64,000 nt of DNA from a virus (IMGVR_UViG_2857083903_000001:22883-86882), one strand, 5' to 3'. Counted from the first letter of the stretch, positions 49,868 to 58,548 are shown. A program made the numbers and translations. Notes: generated from the sequence alone by a model not told the origin.

Positions 49868-50671
49868 TTAGTCGGGCATCCCGAACTGGTTGATCAACAC
49901 CTGCCGCAGGATCGTGCCGGGGAAGACGCGAGCACCCAGCTCCTTCGACAGCTCAGGCGCGAGCTCATGCAACGCGGTGCGCTGCGAGTCCTCCACCCGA
50001 ACCGGAAGGGTGTTCCACCCGGTATCAGCCCACGTGTGCTTCGGGAACCGAACCGGCTTCGGCATCGACCACGAGCCATCCAGCAACTCGCTGATCCCCT
50101 TAGCCGCAGCCTGCTCCAGCGAAACACCCGAAGACTCGGAAGCAGACCGGAAGTGCGCGATCACAGGCTCCGGCAAGTACAGCTTCATATCGAGGCCGGT
50201 ACCCCTGTCCACCCCCAGCTCGCTGCACGCGTACGCCATGATGATGCCGCCCTCACTGATCCGACGGCCCTCCTGGTCCGACAGACGCGGCAACTCGGCC
50301 TGGAGACGCCCCCGGAGCTCGGCGTTGACGTCCACCGACAGCACCGCCCGCTTCAGACCGGTGCCCTTCAGGCGCCGCTGCCCCGTCTTCGGGGGAAGCC
50401 ACTCACCGGACAGGACCTTCTCGTACGCCTCCTCAGCCACGATCCGAATCGACGTCTCGAACTCGTCGAGCGCGTCCTGCAACGCCGCCTTCAGTTCGTC
50501 ATCCGTGGAAACGCTCAGAGGGGAGGTGGCAGCCGGGTCGGCAGTCTGCTTCAGCTTGTTCCATCCGCCAGGGGCCAGCAGCGTCTCAATGGCCTGAGCC
50601 CACTCGTGATGGCCTTCCTGCCTCAGATGCCGGGCGCCGGCGGCCGCACTCGAACGGAGGGAGCCTGCCAT
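49868..50671 (-). CDS. Putative DNA-binding regulator (repeated RHH-like segments)
   Basis: LSVSTDDELK, LSVDVNAELR, LPVRVEDSQR segments; RBS AAAGGA; operators upstream. Confidence 0.5.
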   Translation of the reverse strand: MAGSLRSSAAAGARHLRQEGHHEWAQAIETLLAPGGWNKLKQTADPAATSPLSVSTDDELKAALQDALDEFETSIRIVAEEAYEKVLSGEWLPPKTGQRRLKGTGLKRAVLSVDVNAELRGRLQAELPRLSDQEGRRISEGGIIMAYACSELGVDRGTGLDMKLYLPEPVIAHFRSASESSGVSLEQAAAKGISELLDGSWSMPKPVRFPKHTWADTGWNTLPVRVEDSQRTALHELAPELSKELGARVFPGTILRQVLINQFGMPD

Positions 50672-50758
50672 GGGGCGGGGTCCTTTCTTCGGGCGCCCGT
50701 TTGGCGGGTGGCCAGGCGGGCGCGTGGGGGAGTTTGCCACGCCAGTGTCCTCCAGTCT

Positions 50759-50863
50759 GCATTGCGACGCCATGCCTAGATTGCATGGTGGTCGGGGCGG
50801 CGCCCCAACACCACAGACAATACCGTTCTAGGCATTGCTTGGCAATGCGTATCTCGGTATGGT
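50759..50863. promoter_or_regulatory. Divergent promoters with operator copies 5 and 6
   Basis: gcattgcgacgccatgc at 50759; perfect GCATTGC-N3-GCAATGC at 50832-50848; TTGCTT-N17-TATGGT on + and TTGCCA-N17-TATTGT on -. Confidence 0.75.
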
Positions 50864-50895
50864 GGGCACACACCGCACCACAAGGGGGAGCCACC

Positions 50896-51234
50896 ATGAA
50901 CGCCAGCAGCCGCCAGGCCCGCCACACCATCCGCACCCGGACCCGCACCCAGCGCGCCGCCTCCCGCATCAACCGCCGCGGCAACGGCTCCCTCACCACC
51001 CACTGCCTCGCCGCTGGCCTCACCCCCAAGGAAGCCCGCACCGTCGCCAGCTCCCTCCGGAAGAACGCCGCCAAGGCCGGCGTGGTCGGCACCACCGGCA
51101 TCGCCTACACCAAGGGCCGCGCCCGCCAGTGCACCCGCTACACCCCCGCCCAGGTCGCCGCCCTCGCCGTCGTCTACCGCCCCCGCAAGGCCGCCTACGT
51201 CCAGGCCGCCGCCCGTCTCGCCCTCGCCGCCTGA
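50896..51234 (+). CDS. Basic hypothetical protein
   Basis: RBS GGGAG; YRPRK motif. Confidence 0.65.
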   Translation: MNASSRQARHTIRTRTRTQRAASRINRRGNGSLTTHCLAAGLTPKEARTVASSLRKNAAKAGVVGTTGIAYTKGRARQCTRYTPAQVAALAVVYRPRKAAYVQAAARLALAA

Positions 51235-51295
51235 CCGGAGGCAACGATCCCGGCCAGCAAGGGCATCGTGGGCACCAGCCGCATAGGAGGACGCC

Positions 51296-51748
51296 GTGAG
51301 TCTTCACCTCGTACCCGTCCGTTTCCAGGACGCCGCAGCCTTCGTCGCCATGTGGCACCGGCACAACGCCCCTCCCATCGGCTGCAAGTTCTGCATAGGC
51401 GTGGCCGACGAAGACGGAGTTCTGCGCGGTGTTGCCATAGTCGGTCGGCCCGTAGCCCGCCACTTCGACAACGGCCAGACCCTCGAGGTCACCCGCACCG
51501 CCACCGACGGCACCGCGAACGCCAACTCGATGCTCTACGGCGCCGCATGGCGGGCAGCCCGAGCGCTCGGCTACACCCGGCTGATTACATACACACAGGC
51601 TGCCGAGACGGGCGCCAGTCTCCGTGCAGCTGGATGGCATGTCATCGCCCACCGACCCGCCCGCCCCGGCTGGAACGTCCCTTCGCGCCCCCGAAAGCTC
51701 AACGGCACCGAGCACATGCCGCGCAGTCTTTGGGAAGCCACTGCCTGA
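51296..51748 (+). CDS. XF1762-family (GNAT-like) protein
   Basis: WHRH, GVAIVGRPVAR, LEVTR, ITYT..ETGASLRAAGW. Confidence 0.75.
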   Translation: MSLHLVPVRFQDAAAFVAMWHRHNAPPIGCKFCIGVADEDGVLRGVAIVGRPVARHFDNGQTLEVTRTATDGTANANSMLYGAAWRAARALGYTRLITYTQAAETGASLRAAGWHVIAHRPARPGWNVPSRPRKLNGTEHMPRSLWEATA

Positions 51749-51763
51749 CCCTGGACACGGAGA

Positions 51764-51794
51764 AGGCCACCAGCCCGATGGGGGTTGGTGGCCT
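51764..51794 (+). terminator. Hairpin
   Basis: aggccacca...tggtggcct. Confidence 0.5.
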
Positions 51795-51988
51795 GAGGTG
51801 TGGGTGTTGCGTAGGCGCAGCATACAAAACCAGTTCACCACCTGGCTAGCCCGGCGCCCGAAGCCCGCCCAACTCCCGCCCGGCGCGCGGCCAAGGGGAG
51901 CGGAGGGAACACCGCGGCGGATCGGCCGTAGCGTGATCCGTGCAGCCTCCAAGAGGCACCCGCACCCCCAACCCAACCCCCCACCTGC

Positions 51989-52113
51989 ACTTTCAGTAAA
52001 ACCTCAGAAGCCCCCACCCCCAGCAGCCCGTCGTGGTGTACGGCCGGACCACCCCCGCCCCTCGCCCCCGCGACATCCCCTAGTGGGTGGTGAGCTGAGG
52101 TTTTACCGAAAGT
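51989..52113. repeat. 19-bp inverted repeat pair, 87 bp apart
   Basis: actttcagtaaaacctcag (51989-52007) and ctgaggttttaccgaaagt (52095-52113), one mismatch. Confidence 0.8.
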
Positions 52114-52148
52114 ATTGATCTTGAGTCGGGGGCGGGCACAATACCCCC

Positions 52149-53006
52149 ATGGAACCGCTCACACTCCTGAACCACTGGCTCGACACCGCACCCCTGCGCT
52201 CGTCCAGCCGCATCGAGTACGAGCGTGAAATCACCCGCTGGCTCACCTGGTGCGCCGCACAGCACCCCCCGATCAACCCCTTCGACATCAGCATCGAAGA
52301 CATCGCCGCCTGGTGCGCCGGCTACCTCACCGACCAACTCGACGGCCGTCCCTTCAACGGACCCGACGCCCTCACCCACATCGCACAGCACCACCCCGCC
52401 GCAGCCCTCACCCACGACCGGCGCATCACCGCCCTCACCCAATGGCACGAAGCCGCCAAACAGCACGGCGCGATCCGCCTCGTCCCCGACCTGACCATGC
52501 TGCGCTCCGGCCTCGACCGCGACGCCAACCCCCCACGCCGCCTCACCCCACCCGAACGCGCCATGCTCTTCTACTGCATCGGAATGTGGGGCCCCGACCA
52601 CGCCCGCCACTACCGACGCGACCGGCTCGTCGCCTTCCTCCTCCTCGAGGGCTTGCGCCCCGCCGAGGTCACCCGTGTCGACATCCGCCACCTCTACGAC
52701 GTCCAGGACGGCACCTGGGAAGTCCGCGCCCCCGACTACGAGTACGAGGCCGTCGGTAAGAAACACGTCCTGGAGTCGCTGACCGTGGCCGCGTTGAAGG
52801 CGTACCTGCCGCACCGTATCCGGCCCGCCGAAGGCGTCCACGCCCTCATCCTCGGCCAGGGCGGCCGCCCCATCACCACCGACTACCCGAACAAGCTGGT
52901 CCGGCAGATCGTCTCCACCGAGCCCTCCCTCGCCCAACGCCAGCCCCCCGTCACCGCCGACACCATCGCGCACACGGGATTCTGGGACACGCCGGTCGGC
53001 GGATAG
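52149..53006 (+). CDS. Tyrosine-recombinase-like protein lacking the catalytic C-terminus
   Basis: RDRL..LLEGLRPAEV (Arg I); HxxR position reads DTIAHT; ends before the Tyr box. Confidence 0.7.
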   Translation: MEPLTLLNHWLDTAPLRSSSRIEYEREITRWLTWCAAQHPPINPFDISIEDIAAWCAGYLTDQLDGRPFNGPDALTHIAQHHPAAALTHDRRITALTQWHEAAKQHGAIRLVPDLTMLRSGLDRDANPPRRLTPPERAMLFYCIGMWGPDHARHYRRDRLVAFLLLEGLRPAEVTRVDIRHLYDVQDGTWEVRAPDYEYEAVGKKHVLESLTVAALKAYLPHRIRPAEGVHALILGQGGRPITTDYPNKLVRQIVSTEPSLAQRQPPVTADTIAHTGFWDTPVGG

Positions 53007-53039
53007 CATGCCCGCACCCGCCGACGAGAAGGACCCGTT

Positions 53040-53288
53040 GTGCCCGAGGACGACCTCACCCCCACAGAGCAGCCCGCACCGCCTACAGCCGCGGACAAGG
53101 ACCTGCAAAGAGAGGCTGTCAGGTTCGGGATGATCCTCGTCGGAGCGATCGTCGGCACCGCACTGTGGTTGCCCAGGGAGTACAGCCAAAGAGCGTTCCG
53201 ACTGATCGACGTGTTCAAGCGAGACCCGAAGCTGGCACCCGAGTACGACGACGGGGACGAGGACGACCTGCCTTCCATCGAGCGCTGA
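53040..53288 (+). CDS. Small membrane protein
   Basis: One TM segment; RBS AAGGA. Confidence 0.5.
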   Translation: MPEDDLTPTEQPAPPTAADKDLQREAVRFGMILVGAIVGTALWLPREYSQRAFRLIDVFKRDPKLAPEYDDGDEDDLPSIER

Positions 53289-53352
53289 ACACACCCCAAG
53301 TAACCCGCCAGTACCCGCATCTGCCCGCCCACACGGGGAGGAGGATGCGGGC

Positions 53353-53679
53353 ATGACCTGCGAAGACACCAACCCCCGGCGCATCACCTGGGAAGTCCAA
53401 CTCTACGAGCCCGTCAGCCGTGTCTGGATGTGCGAAGCATACGGACGAGCCACCACCACCGCGGCGCCCGCCGACATCGCCCACGCCGTCCTGGCCGGCT
53501 ACCTCGCCCACCACCCACCCCGCAGCACCGACACCTACCGGGCCCTCGCACGCCCCGACCACGGACCGGCCGCGATCGTGAGAGCCGACCAGCTCGAGGA
53601 CGACGGCTGGACAGCAGGACCAGACGTCCGCCAAGCCCTCCCCGTCTACCTACGCGAGGCGCTGGCGGCGGGCACCTAG
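53353..53679 (+). CDS. Hypothetical protein
   Basis: RBS GAGGA; codon bias. Confidence 0.55.
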   Translation: MTCEDTNPRRITWEVQLYEPVSRVWMCEAYGRATTTAAPADIAHAVLAGYLAHHPPRSTDTYRALARPDHGPAAIVRADQLEDDGWTAGPDVRQALPVYLREALAAGT

Positions 53680-53687
53680 CAGCGGGA

Positions 53688-54338
53688 TCAGGCTGCCTTG
53701 CGTGCTGGTCGGCGGGCTCTCGCCTGCATGTGCTCCACGTTGATGAGTAGCCCAATGCGGTCGGAGTGGTACGGCCAGCGCGCGACGCCACCTTCCATGT
53801 GCAGGTGCATGTAGGTTCGGCTCGGCTTCGAGGTCCCCACCTCAAGGGGTACTCCGCCAGGCTCGACTAGCAGGCCCATGTTCACAGGAGATGTTCCGCA
53901 GTCGGTGATGAGGCCCAGACTGGACGACCTGTTCATGCTGATGTCAGTCTTCCAGGAGAGCCACCCATCGCAGTCGGCGCCGTTCTGTTCCATGTCCAGC
54001 TCCGGACAGAACAGCGGGTGGGTGCCTCGCAGTTTGGCGGCGTTGCCGACACGGTCGGCGTCCGGGCCGGGCATGGCGTTCACGGAGATCTCTACGCGGG
54101 CGTACAAGCCGGCCATGAGCCCCGTGTGAACCTTGAGGAAGGCTGCCACCTGCTCCAGAGGCCAGTAGGCGGGATCGTGCTGGGTCTGTCCGATCTGGGC
54201 CACGTACTGCTCGTCGAAGTCCCGTGCCTTGAAGCGGTTTCGCCAGTCCGCGAGGACAGCCGCTGCGCCAGGGTGGGTCAGGATCTCGTCCAACATCGAT
54301 TCGGCGATCTCTTCGTGCATGGTGCGTGCGCTGCTCAC
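53688..54338 (-). CDS. Hypothetical protein coupled to the recombinase
   Basis: GTGA overlap; lower GC. Confidence 0.6.
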   Translation of the reverse strand: MSSARTMHEEIAESMLDEILTHPGAAAVLADWRNRFKARDFDEQYVAQIGQTQHDPAYWPLEQVAAFLKVHTGLMAGLYARVEISVNAMPGPDADRVGNAAKLRGTHPLFCPELDMEQNGADCDGWLSWKTDISMNRSSSLGLITDCGTSPVNMGLLVEPGGVPLEVGTSKPSRTYMHLHMEGGVARWPYHSDRIGLLINVEHMQARARRPARKAA

Positions 54339-55369
54339 AGGCCGATTCCAATCAGTGCGTTGTCGTTCTCGTCCCACTGGTCAACGATCTGCATGTAGCC
54401 GTCCAAGACCTTCGAGCCGTCCGCGTGCCCAGTCACCGCAGCGATGGCCTTCCGGTCCTTCCCCGCCCGGCGGGCCTCCGTGGCCATGCCAGACCGCACT
54501 GAGTGGCCGGTGAACAGCTCCTCGAAGCCGGCGCGCAGCCCGGCCGCCGTGATGAGGTCGCCGGCGCGCTGCGGGGAGAGGCCCTGGGGTTGGACGGCAC
54601 CGGTGTGGTGGATACACCGGAACGCGTGCCGGTCGGGGTCGGTGATGCGGGCGGCGGCGGCCCACGTCTTCCAGGCCCGGACGGGGCAGGTGTCGGGGTT
54701 GGTGCCGTAGGGGACGGCGACGGTGCGGGGTTCGGTCTTGGAGACGCGGACGTCGACCAGGAGGCCGTTGTCGTCGTCGCGGATGTTGCGGAGGCGGAGT
54801 CCGGCGAGTTCGGCGCGGCGGGCGGCGATGGCGAAGCCGAGGAGGATCATGGCGCGGTCGCGGAGGCCGAAGATGTCGGTGTCGCACTTGGAGACGATGA
54901 CCCGCAGGTCGACCAACCGCATCGCGGGTGCCTTGCCGCGGCCGCGCCTGGGTTCCTCGGCGGCTTCGGCCTGCTTGCGGTAGTCCTTCAGCAACTCGCG
55001 GGCGGCGCGGGTGGCGTCGGGGTCGACGAGGATGCTGTACGGCGGCCGCCGGAGGGTGACGACGACGCCGGCGAGCTTGCGGTCGATGGTGGCGTAGGCG
55101 CGTTTCTCGCGGTTCCAGAGGTAGTCGACGAAGGCGCGGAGGGTGCCGCGGGTGGCGGCGGTGGTGGGGATCTGGAGTTGGGTGCAGAAGGTTTCCCAGG
55201 TGCGCCAGTCGCTGGCGTAGGAGCGGGTGGTGTTGTCGGGGCGTTGTCCGGCGGCGTGTTGGTCGCTGGCGGCGTCGAGGGTGGCGAGGCGGGCGCGGAG
55301 TTCGGCGCTGTACTGGTCGGGTAGGAGCGGCGGTTCGGCCTGTCTGGCAGGCAGGCGCTCAGCGCTCAT
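54335..55369 (-). CDS. Cre-like tyrosine recombinase/resolvase
   Basis: NTTRSYASDW, RDRAMILLG..AARRAEL, SKT, TCPVRA, GHSVRSG, TGH..LDGY. Confidence 0.9.
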   Translation of the reverse strand: MSAERLPARQAEPPLLPDQYSAELRARLATLDAASDQHAAGQRPDNTTRSYASDWRTWETFCTQLQIPTTAATRGTLRAFVDYLWNREKRAYATIDRKLAGVVVTLRRPPYSILVDPDATRAARELLKDYRKQAEAAEEPRRGRGKAPAMRLVDLRVIVSKCDTDIFGLRDRAMILLGFAIAARRAELAGLRLRNIRDDDNGLLVDVRVSKTEPRTVAVPYGTNPDTCPVRAWKTWAAAARITDPDRHAFRCIHHTGAVQPQGLSPQRAGDLITAAGLRAGFEELFTGHSVRSGMATEARRAGKDRKAIAAVTGHADGSKVLDGYMQIVDQWDENDNALIGIGL

Positions 55370-55638
55370 GACTTCCAGTCCAGTTGCTCGCCCTTGCGGA
55401 TGTACTTGCCGCTGCGGTGGTCGAAGATGAGCGCCTTGCCTTGCTGTACGCCGATGCTCTTTCGGACAGGCATCCCCCATAGTCGGCAACCTTCGAGCCC
55501 CTCGGCGTCCTCAGGGTTCAGGAAGACCTCCAGCTTGTCGGAGTTGGTGATGGTGAGGGCCCACGCCTGTGTGTCGTGAATCTCCGTCCCCAGGGATGAC
55601 GTCATGAGCCGTTCGAGGGCGGTTCTCCAGTCGCTCAC
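55366..55638 (-). CDS. Hypothetical protein
   Basis: Coupled at both ends. Confidence 0.6.
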   Translation of the reverse strand: MSDWRTALERLMTSSLGTEIHDTQAWALTITNSDKLEVFLNPEDAEGLEGCRLWGMPVRKSIGVQQGKALIFDHRSGKYIRKGEQLDWKS

Positions 55639-55991
55639 GGCCGCCAGCTCTCCTTGTAGTCCGGGTGGTCGGAGTACGCCAGGCCCATCTGCTGGGCCAC
55701 GAACAAGAGGGCATCCACGAACGGGCGTGGCTGGCCGTGCACTGCGAGGTCCAGTTCGTCCAGGACCGCGATCTTGGCGTCTGATTCACGGAGAACGCGC
55801 GCGGGATCGTGGCGGGCGATGTGCTCAGCGTTGTCCCCGTCGCTGGGGTCGGTCCGCCACTCCGGTCCGGTGCACTCTGCGGCGACATCCTTGTCCTCAG
55901 CAATGCGCTTGCGGAGGAAGGTGGTGAGGTCGTCGACGGCGGGCGGCCCGGAGGCGGCGATGATGCGGTTCGTCAGTTCGGCTTCGTGCAT
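55635..55991 (-). CDS. DUF6221-like protein
   Basis: EHIARHDPARVLRE...YSDHPDYKESWRP. Confidence 0.75.
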   Translation of the reverse strand: MHEAELTNRIIAASGPPAVDDLTTFLRKRIAEDKDVAAECTGPEWRTDPSDGDNAEHIARHDPARVLRESDAKIAVLDELDLAVHGQPRPFVDALLFVAQQMGLAYSDHPDYKESWRP

Positions 55992-56178
55992 GCCTCATTC
56001 TACGATTTTGAGGCTTGATATGTGAGCTTATCGTGCCCCAGTAGCGCGCCTCCCTGACTAACGGGCCATCAACTCCGTTTAGCAGACCGTCAATAGACCG
56101 CTGACAAACGAGCCCGGCTGCGCTACGCTCATCTCGTTAGCCCGGCGTTCATCCGGGTTCATCGCAACGGGAGGCATC

Positions 56179-56616
56179 TTGAAGATCACGGTCACCATCG
56201 ACCAACCCACCGGAGACTTCCAGGACCGACTCCTGGCCCTCCTCGCCGAACACGCCGCCAACGTCGAGATCGACACCTCCTGGACCGTGCCGCGCGCGGA
56301 GAACTACTTCACCCGTCTGCCGCCCCGCGCGCAGCGCATCGTCCGCCAGGCCGTCGCCCGAGGCGGGTACGTGGCAGCAGACGACCTCCGCGACTCGCCC
56401 GAGGCCAGCCTTCGCGGACACAGCGGGGCACTGACTCGCGCTCTACGCAGCGGGGCCATGGGAGGCGACTGGCCCGACGGGATGCCACTGCCGGTCTTGG
56501 CTCAAGGCCCCGGCTTCGGGAAAGTCGTCGGCTACCGAGTGCCCGACGAACTCCTGGACGTGTTCCGTACCGCTGTCACCAACATCGACGGGCAGCCGCC
56601 CACCACTGAGAAGTGA
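56179..56616 (+). CDS. Hypothetical (wHTH-like) protein heading the cassette array
   Basis: TTG after GGAGG; ends TEK*. Confidence 0.65.
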   Translation: MKITVTIDQPTGDFQDRLLALLAEHAANVEIDTSWTVPRAENYFTRLPPRAQRIVRQAVARGGYVAADDLRDSPEASLRGHSGALTRALRSGAMGGDWPDGMPLPVLAQGPGFGKVVGYRVPDELLDVFRTAVTNIDGQPPTTEK

Positions 56617-56627
56617 GGACACCGACC

Positions 56628-56822
56628 ATGGACATGCAGGAGATCAACGAGCGCGTCGCCCAGATTGCCGCATCTGGGGACGATGAGGAGCAGCACGGCA
56701 TGGAGGACTCGCTGTACGAGGACGTGCTGAAGGCGATTGCCGAGGGAGCACCGAACGCGTCCGAACTGGCCGCCGCTGCGCTCAAGACGAAGGACATGGA
56801 CTTCAGCCGCTGGTACGCGTGA
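56628..56822 (+). CDS. Cassette ORF 1, acidic helical protein
   Basis: ATG supplied by repeat 1. Confidence 0.65.
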   Translation: MDMQEINERVAQIAASGDDEEQHGMEDSLYEDVLKAIAEGAPNASELAAAALKTKDMDFSRWYA

Positions 56823-56859
56823 CTGCCTTCAAGAACACCGAGAAGTGAGGACAGCGACC

Positions 56860-56991
56860 ATGGCCGGCATCTACGACGACGGCGCCACCTACGGCCCCGA
56901 CCCGAGCGCCACCATCCCGACCGACACGCCCGCTGACCCGATCTACGACGACGGGGACGTGTACGGCGCCGACCGCACCACCGAGAAGTGA
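56860..56991 (+). CDS. Cassette ORF 2, 43 aa with a duplicated IYDDGxxYG
   Basis: ATG from repeat 2; stop in repeat 3. Confidence 0.55.
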   Translation: MAGIYDDGATYGPDPSATIPTDTPADPIYDDGDVYGADRTTEK

Positions 56992-57002
56992 GGACACCGA
57001 CC

Positions 57003-57179
57003 ATGGCACTTGCCGTCCCACGCGGGGTCTGCACCGTCTGCGAACGCTCGTACCAGTTGAAGGCCGACGGCACCGTGCGCGCCCACTGGGCTCGCTCCGC
57101 CGACGGCACCGCCGCGCCAGGCTTGAAGGACTGCGCTGGTACCGGACAGCCACCTGCCGACCACGCCACCGAGAAGTGA
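57003..57179 (+). CDS. Cassette ORF 3, CxxC...H...C zinc finger
   Basis: ATG from repeat 3; stop in repeat 4. Confidence 0.6.
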   Translation: MALAVPRGVCTVCERSYQLKADGTVRAHWARSADGTAAPGLKDCAGTGQPPADHATEK

Positions 57180-57189
57180 GGACACCAGC

Positions 57190-57618
57190 ATGAGCGCAGC
57201 TGCCATCTACGCCGACGCCGCCACCTACGAGCGCAAGGCCCGCGAACTCCTCAACACCCTGAACCCGACCATGCCGTGGGAGCAGCGCTTCCAGATCGAG
57301 GACCAGGCCGAGGAACTGCGTGAGGACGCCCGCAGTATCCGCACCCGCGTCGAGAATAGCGTCGAGCACATCCGGAACTACTACGGGTTGAACCTCCGTG
57401 TCGGGTTGGAGGTGAAGCACGAGGGCCGGGCGGGTCGGATCGTCGGGTTCGCGGGCCAGTACGTGGCAGTGCACCTGGACGGGGACGAGACTTACGTCGT
57501 CTGCCATGCCACGGCGGAGATGGAGTACCCCGAGGGCGTGCAGGTCGGGCCGGGCCCCGACGAGCGGTTCGCCCACCTCGTTCAGGTACCCGCCGCCGAC
57601 CGCAACAACGAGAAGTAG
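57190..57618 (+). CDS. Cassette ORF 4, coiled coil + small beta domain
   Basis: ATG from repeat 4; stop in repeat 5. Confidence 0.65.
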   Translation: MSAAAIYADAATYERKARELLNTLNPTMPWEQRFQIEDQAEELREDARSIRTRVENSVEHIRNYYGLNLRVGLEVKHEGRAGRIVGFAGQYVAVHLDGDETYVVCHATAEMEYPEGVQVGPGPDERFAHLVQVPAADRNNEK

Positions 57619-57629
57619 GGACACCGATC

Positions 57630-57893
57630 GTGGGGCATCAGATCATCAAGCAGCCGGATGGCCGTCTCGCTGTCTTCTCCAGCGTCGTTGACGCCTTCGT
57701 CGTCATGGACGCAACGCCCGAGGAACTGGTCGAGTGGTACGCCCAGGAAGCTGCTCAGGATGCGCGTGATCGGACACAGCGTCTCCTGGACAAGCTCCAC
57801 TCCGAAGGCGCTCAGTTCGTGTACGGCCGTCGGGCACTGACGTGGGAAGAAGCCTCACGGATGAGCGAGGAACACGGAGGGGATCTCCACTGA
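57630..57893 (+). CDS. Cassette ORF 5
   Basis: GTG from repeat 5. Confidence 0.65.
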   Translation: MGHQIIKQPDGRLAVFSSVVDAFVVMDATPEELVEWYAQEAAQDARDRTQRLLDKLHSEGAQFVYGRRALTWEEASRMSEEHGGDLH

Positions 57894-57907
57894 TCCGGTG
57901 TGTATGA

Positions 57908-57944
57908 CGGTGCCCCGCCTGAGGTGAATTCAGGCGGGGCACCG
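57908..57944. terminator. Hairpin between the convergent array and dcd
   Basis: cggtgccccgcctga / tcaggcggggcaccg. Confidence 0.75.
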
Positions 57945-57957
57945 GTGCGTCCGCACC

Positions 57958-58539
57958 CTACCCAGGCAGGACGGTGCGGTGGAAGTTCTGCCACGACCGG
58001 GATGCGGTCGGCCCCCTCTGCCCCTGATACCGGGAGCCGCGCACCGCGCTCCCGTACGGATGCTCAGCCGGGCCACTCATCTGCGTCACCGCCAACTGGC
58101 CCACCTTCATCCCCGGCCACAACTTGATCGGCAGGCGGGCCAGGTTCGCCAGCTCCAGCGTGATGTGACCCTCGAACCCCGGATCGATGAACCCCGCCGT
58201 CGAATGCGTCACCAACCCAAGCCGCCCCAACGAGCTCTTGCCCTCCAGCCGGGCAGCCAGATCATCCGGCAACGACACCCACTCCAACGTCGCCGCCAAC
58301 ACGAACTCCCCCGGATGCAGCACAAACGGCTCCCCCGCCGCAGGCACCACCAGCCGCGTAAGGTCCGGCTGCGACCGCGATGGGTCGATGCATGAGTAGC
58401 GGTGGGAGTCGAACACCCGGAACTCGCCGCCCAGACGGACATCCAACGACGCCGGCTGAAGCATCCCCTCCTCGTACGGGGAGACACCCAGCCGGCCAGT
58501 CGTTATCGCGGCATGCAGATCACGGTCACACAGCAGCAT
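57958..58539 (-). CDS. dcd: dCTP deaminase
   Basis: [46 protein letters not shown]. Confidence 0.95.
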   Translation of the reverse strand: MLLCDRDLHAAITTGRLGVSPYEEGMLQPASLDVRLGGEFRVFDSHRYSCIDPSRSQPDLTRLVVPAAGEPFVLHPGEFVLAATLEWVSLPDDLAARLEGKSSLGRLGLVTHSTAGFIDPGFEGHITLELANLARLPIKLWPGMKVGQLAVTQMSGPAEHPYGSAVRGSRYQGQRGPTASRSWQNFHRTVLPG

Positions 58540-58548
58540 TCCCGCAGC

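Larger units (their letters stand above)
56604..57632 (+). repeat. Five junction repeats CACCGAGAAGTGAGGACACCGACCATG
   Basis: Copies at 56604-56630, 56836-56862, 56979-57005, 57167-57192 and 57606-57632. Confidence 0.9.

Noticed and set aside
54335-55369. Classical integron integrase or attP integrase
   Set aside because: Motifs are Cre-like, with no visible IntI insertion and no attC hairpins or att duplication
56604-57632. CRISPR array
   Set aside because: Spacers are irregular (about 115-415 bp) and protein-coding; no cas genes in the window
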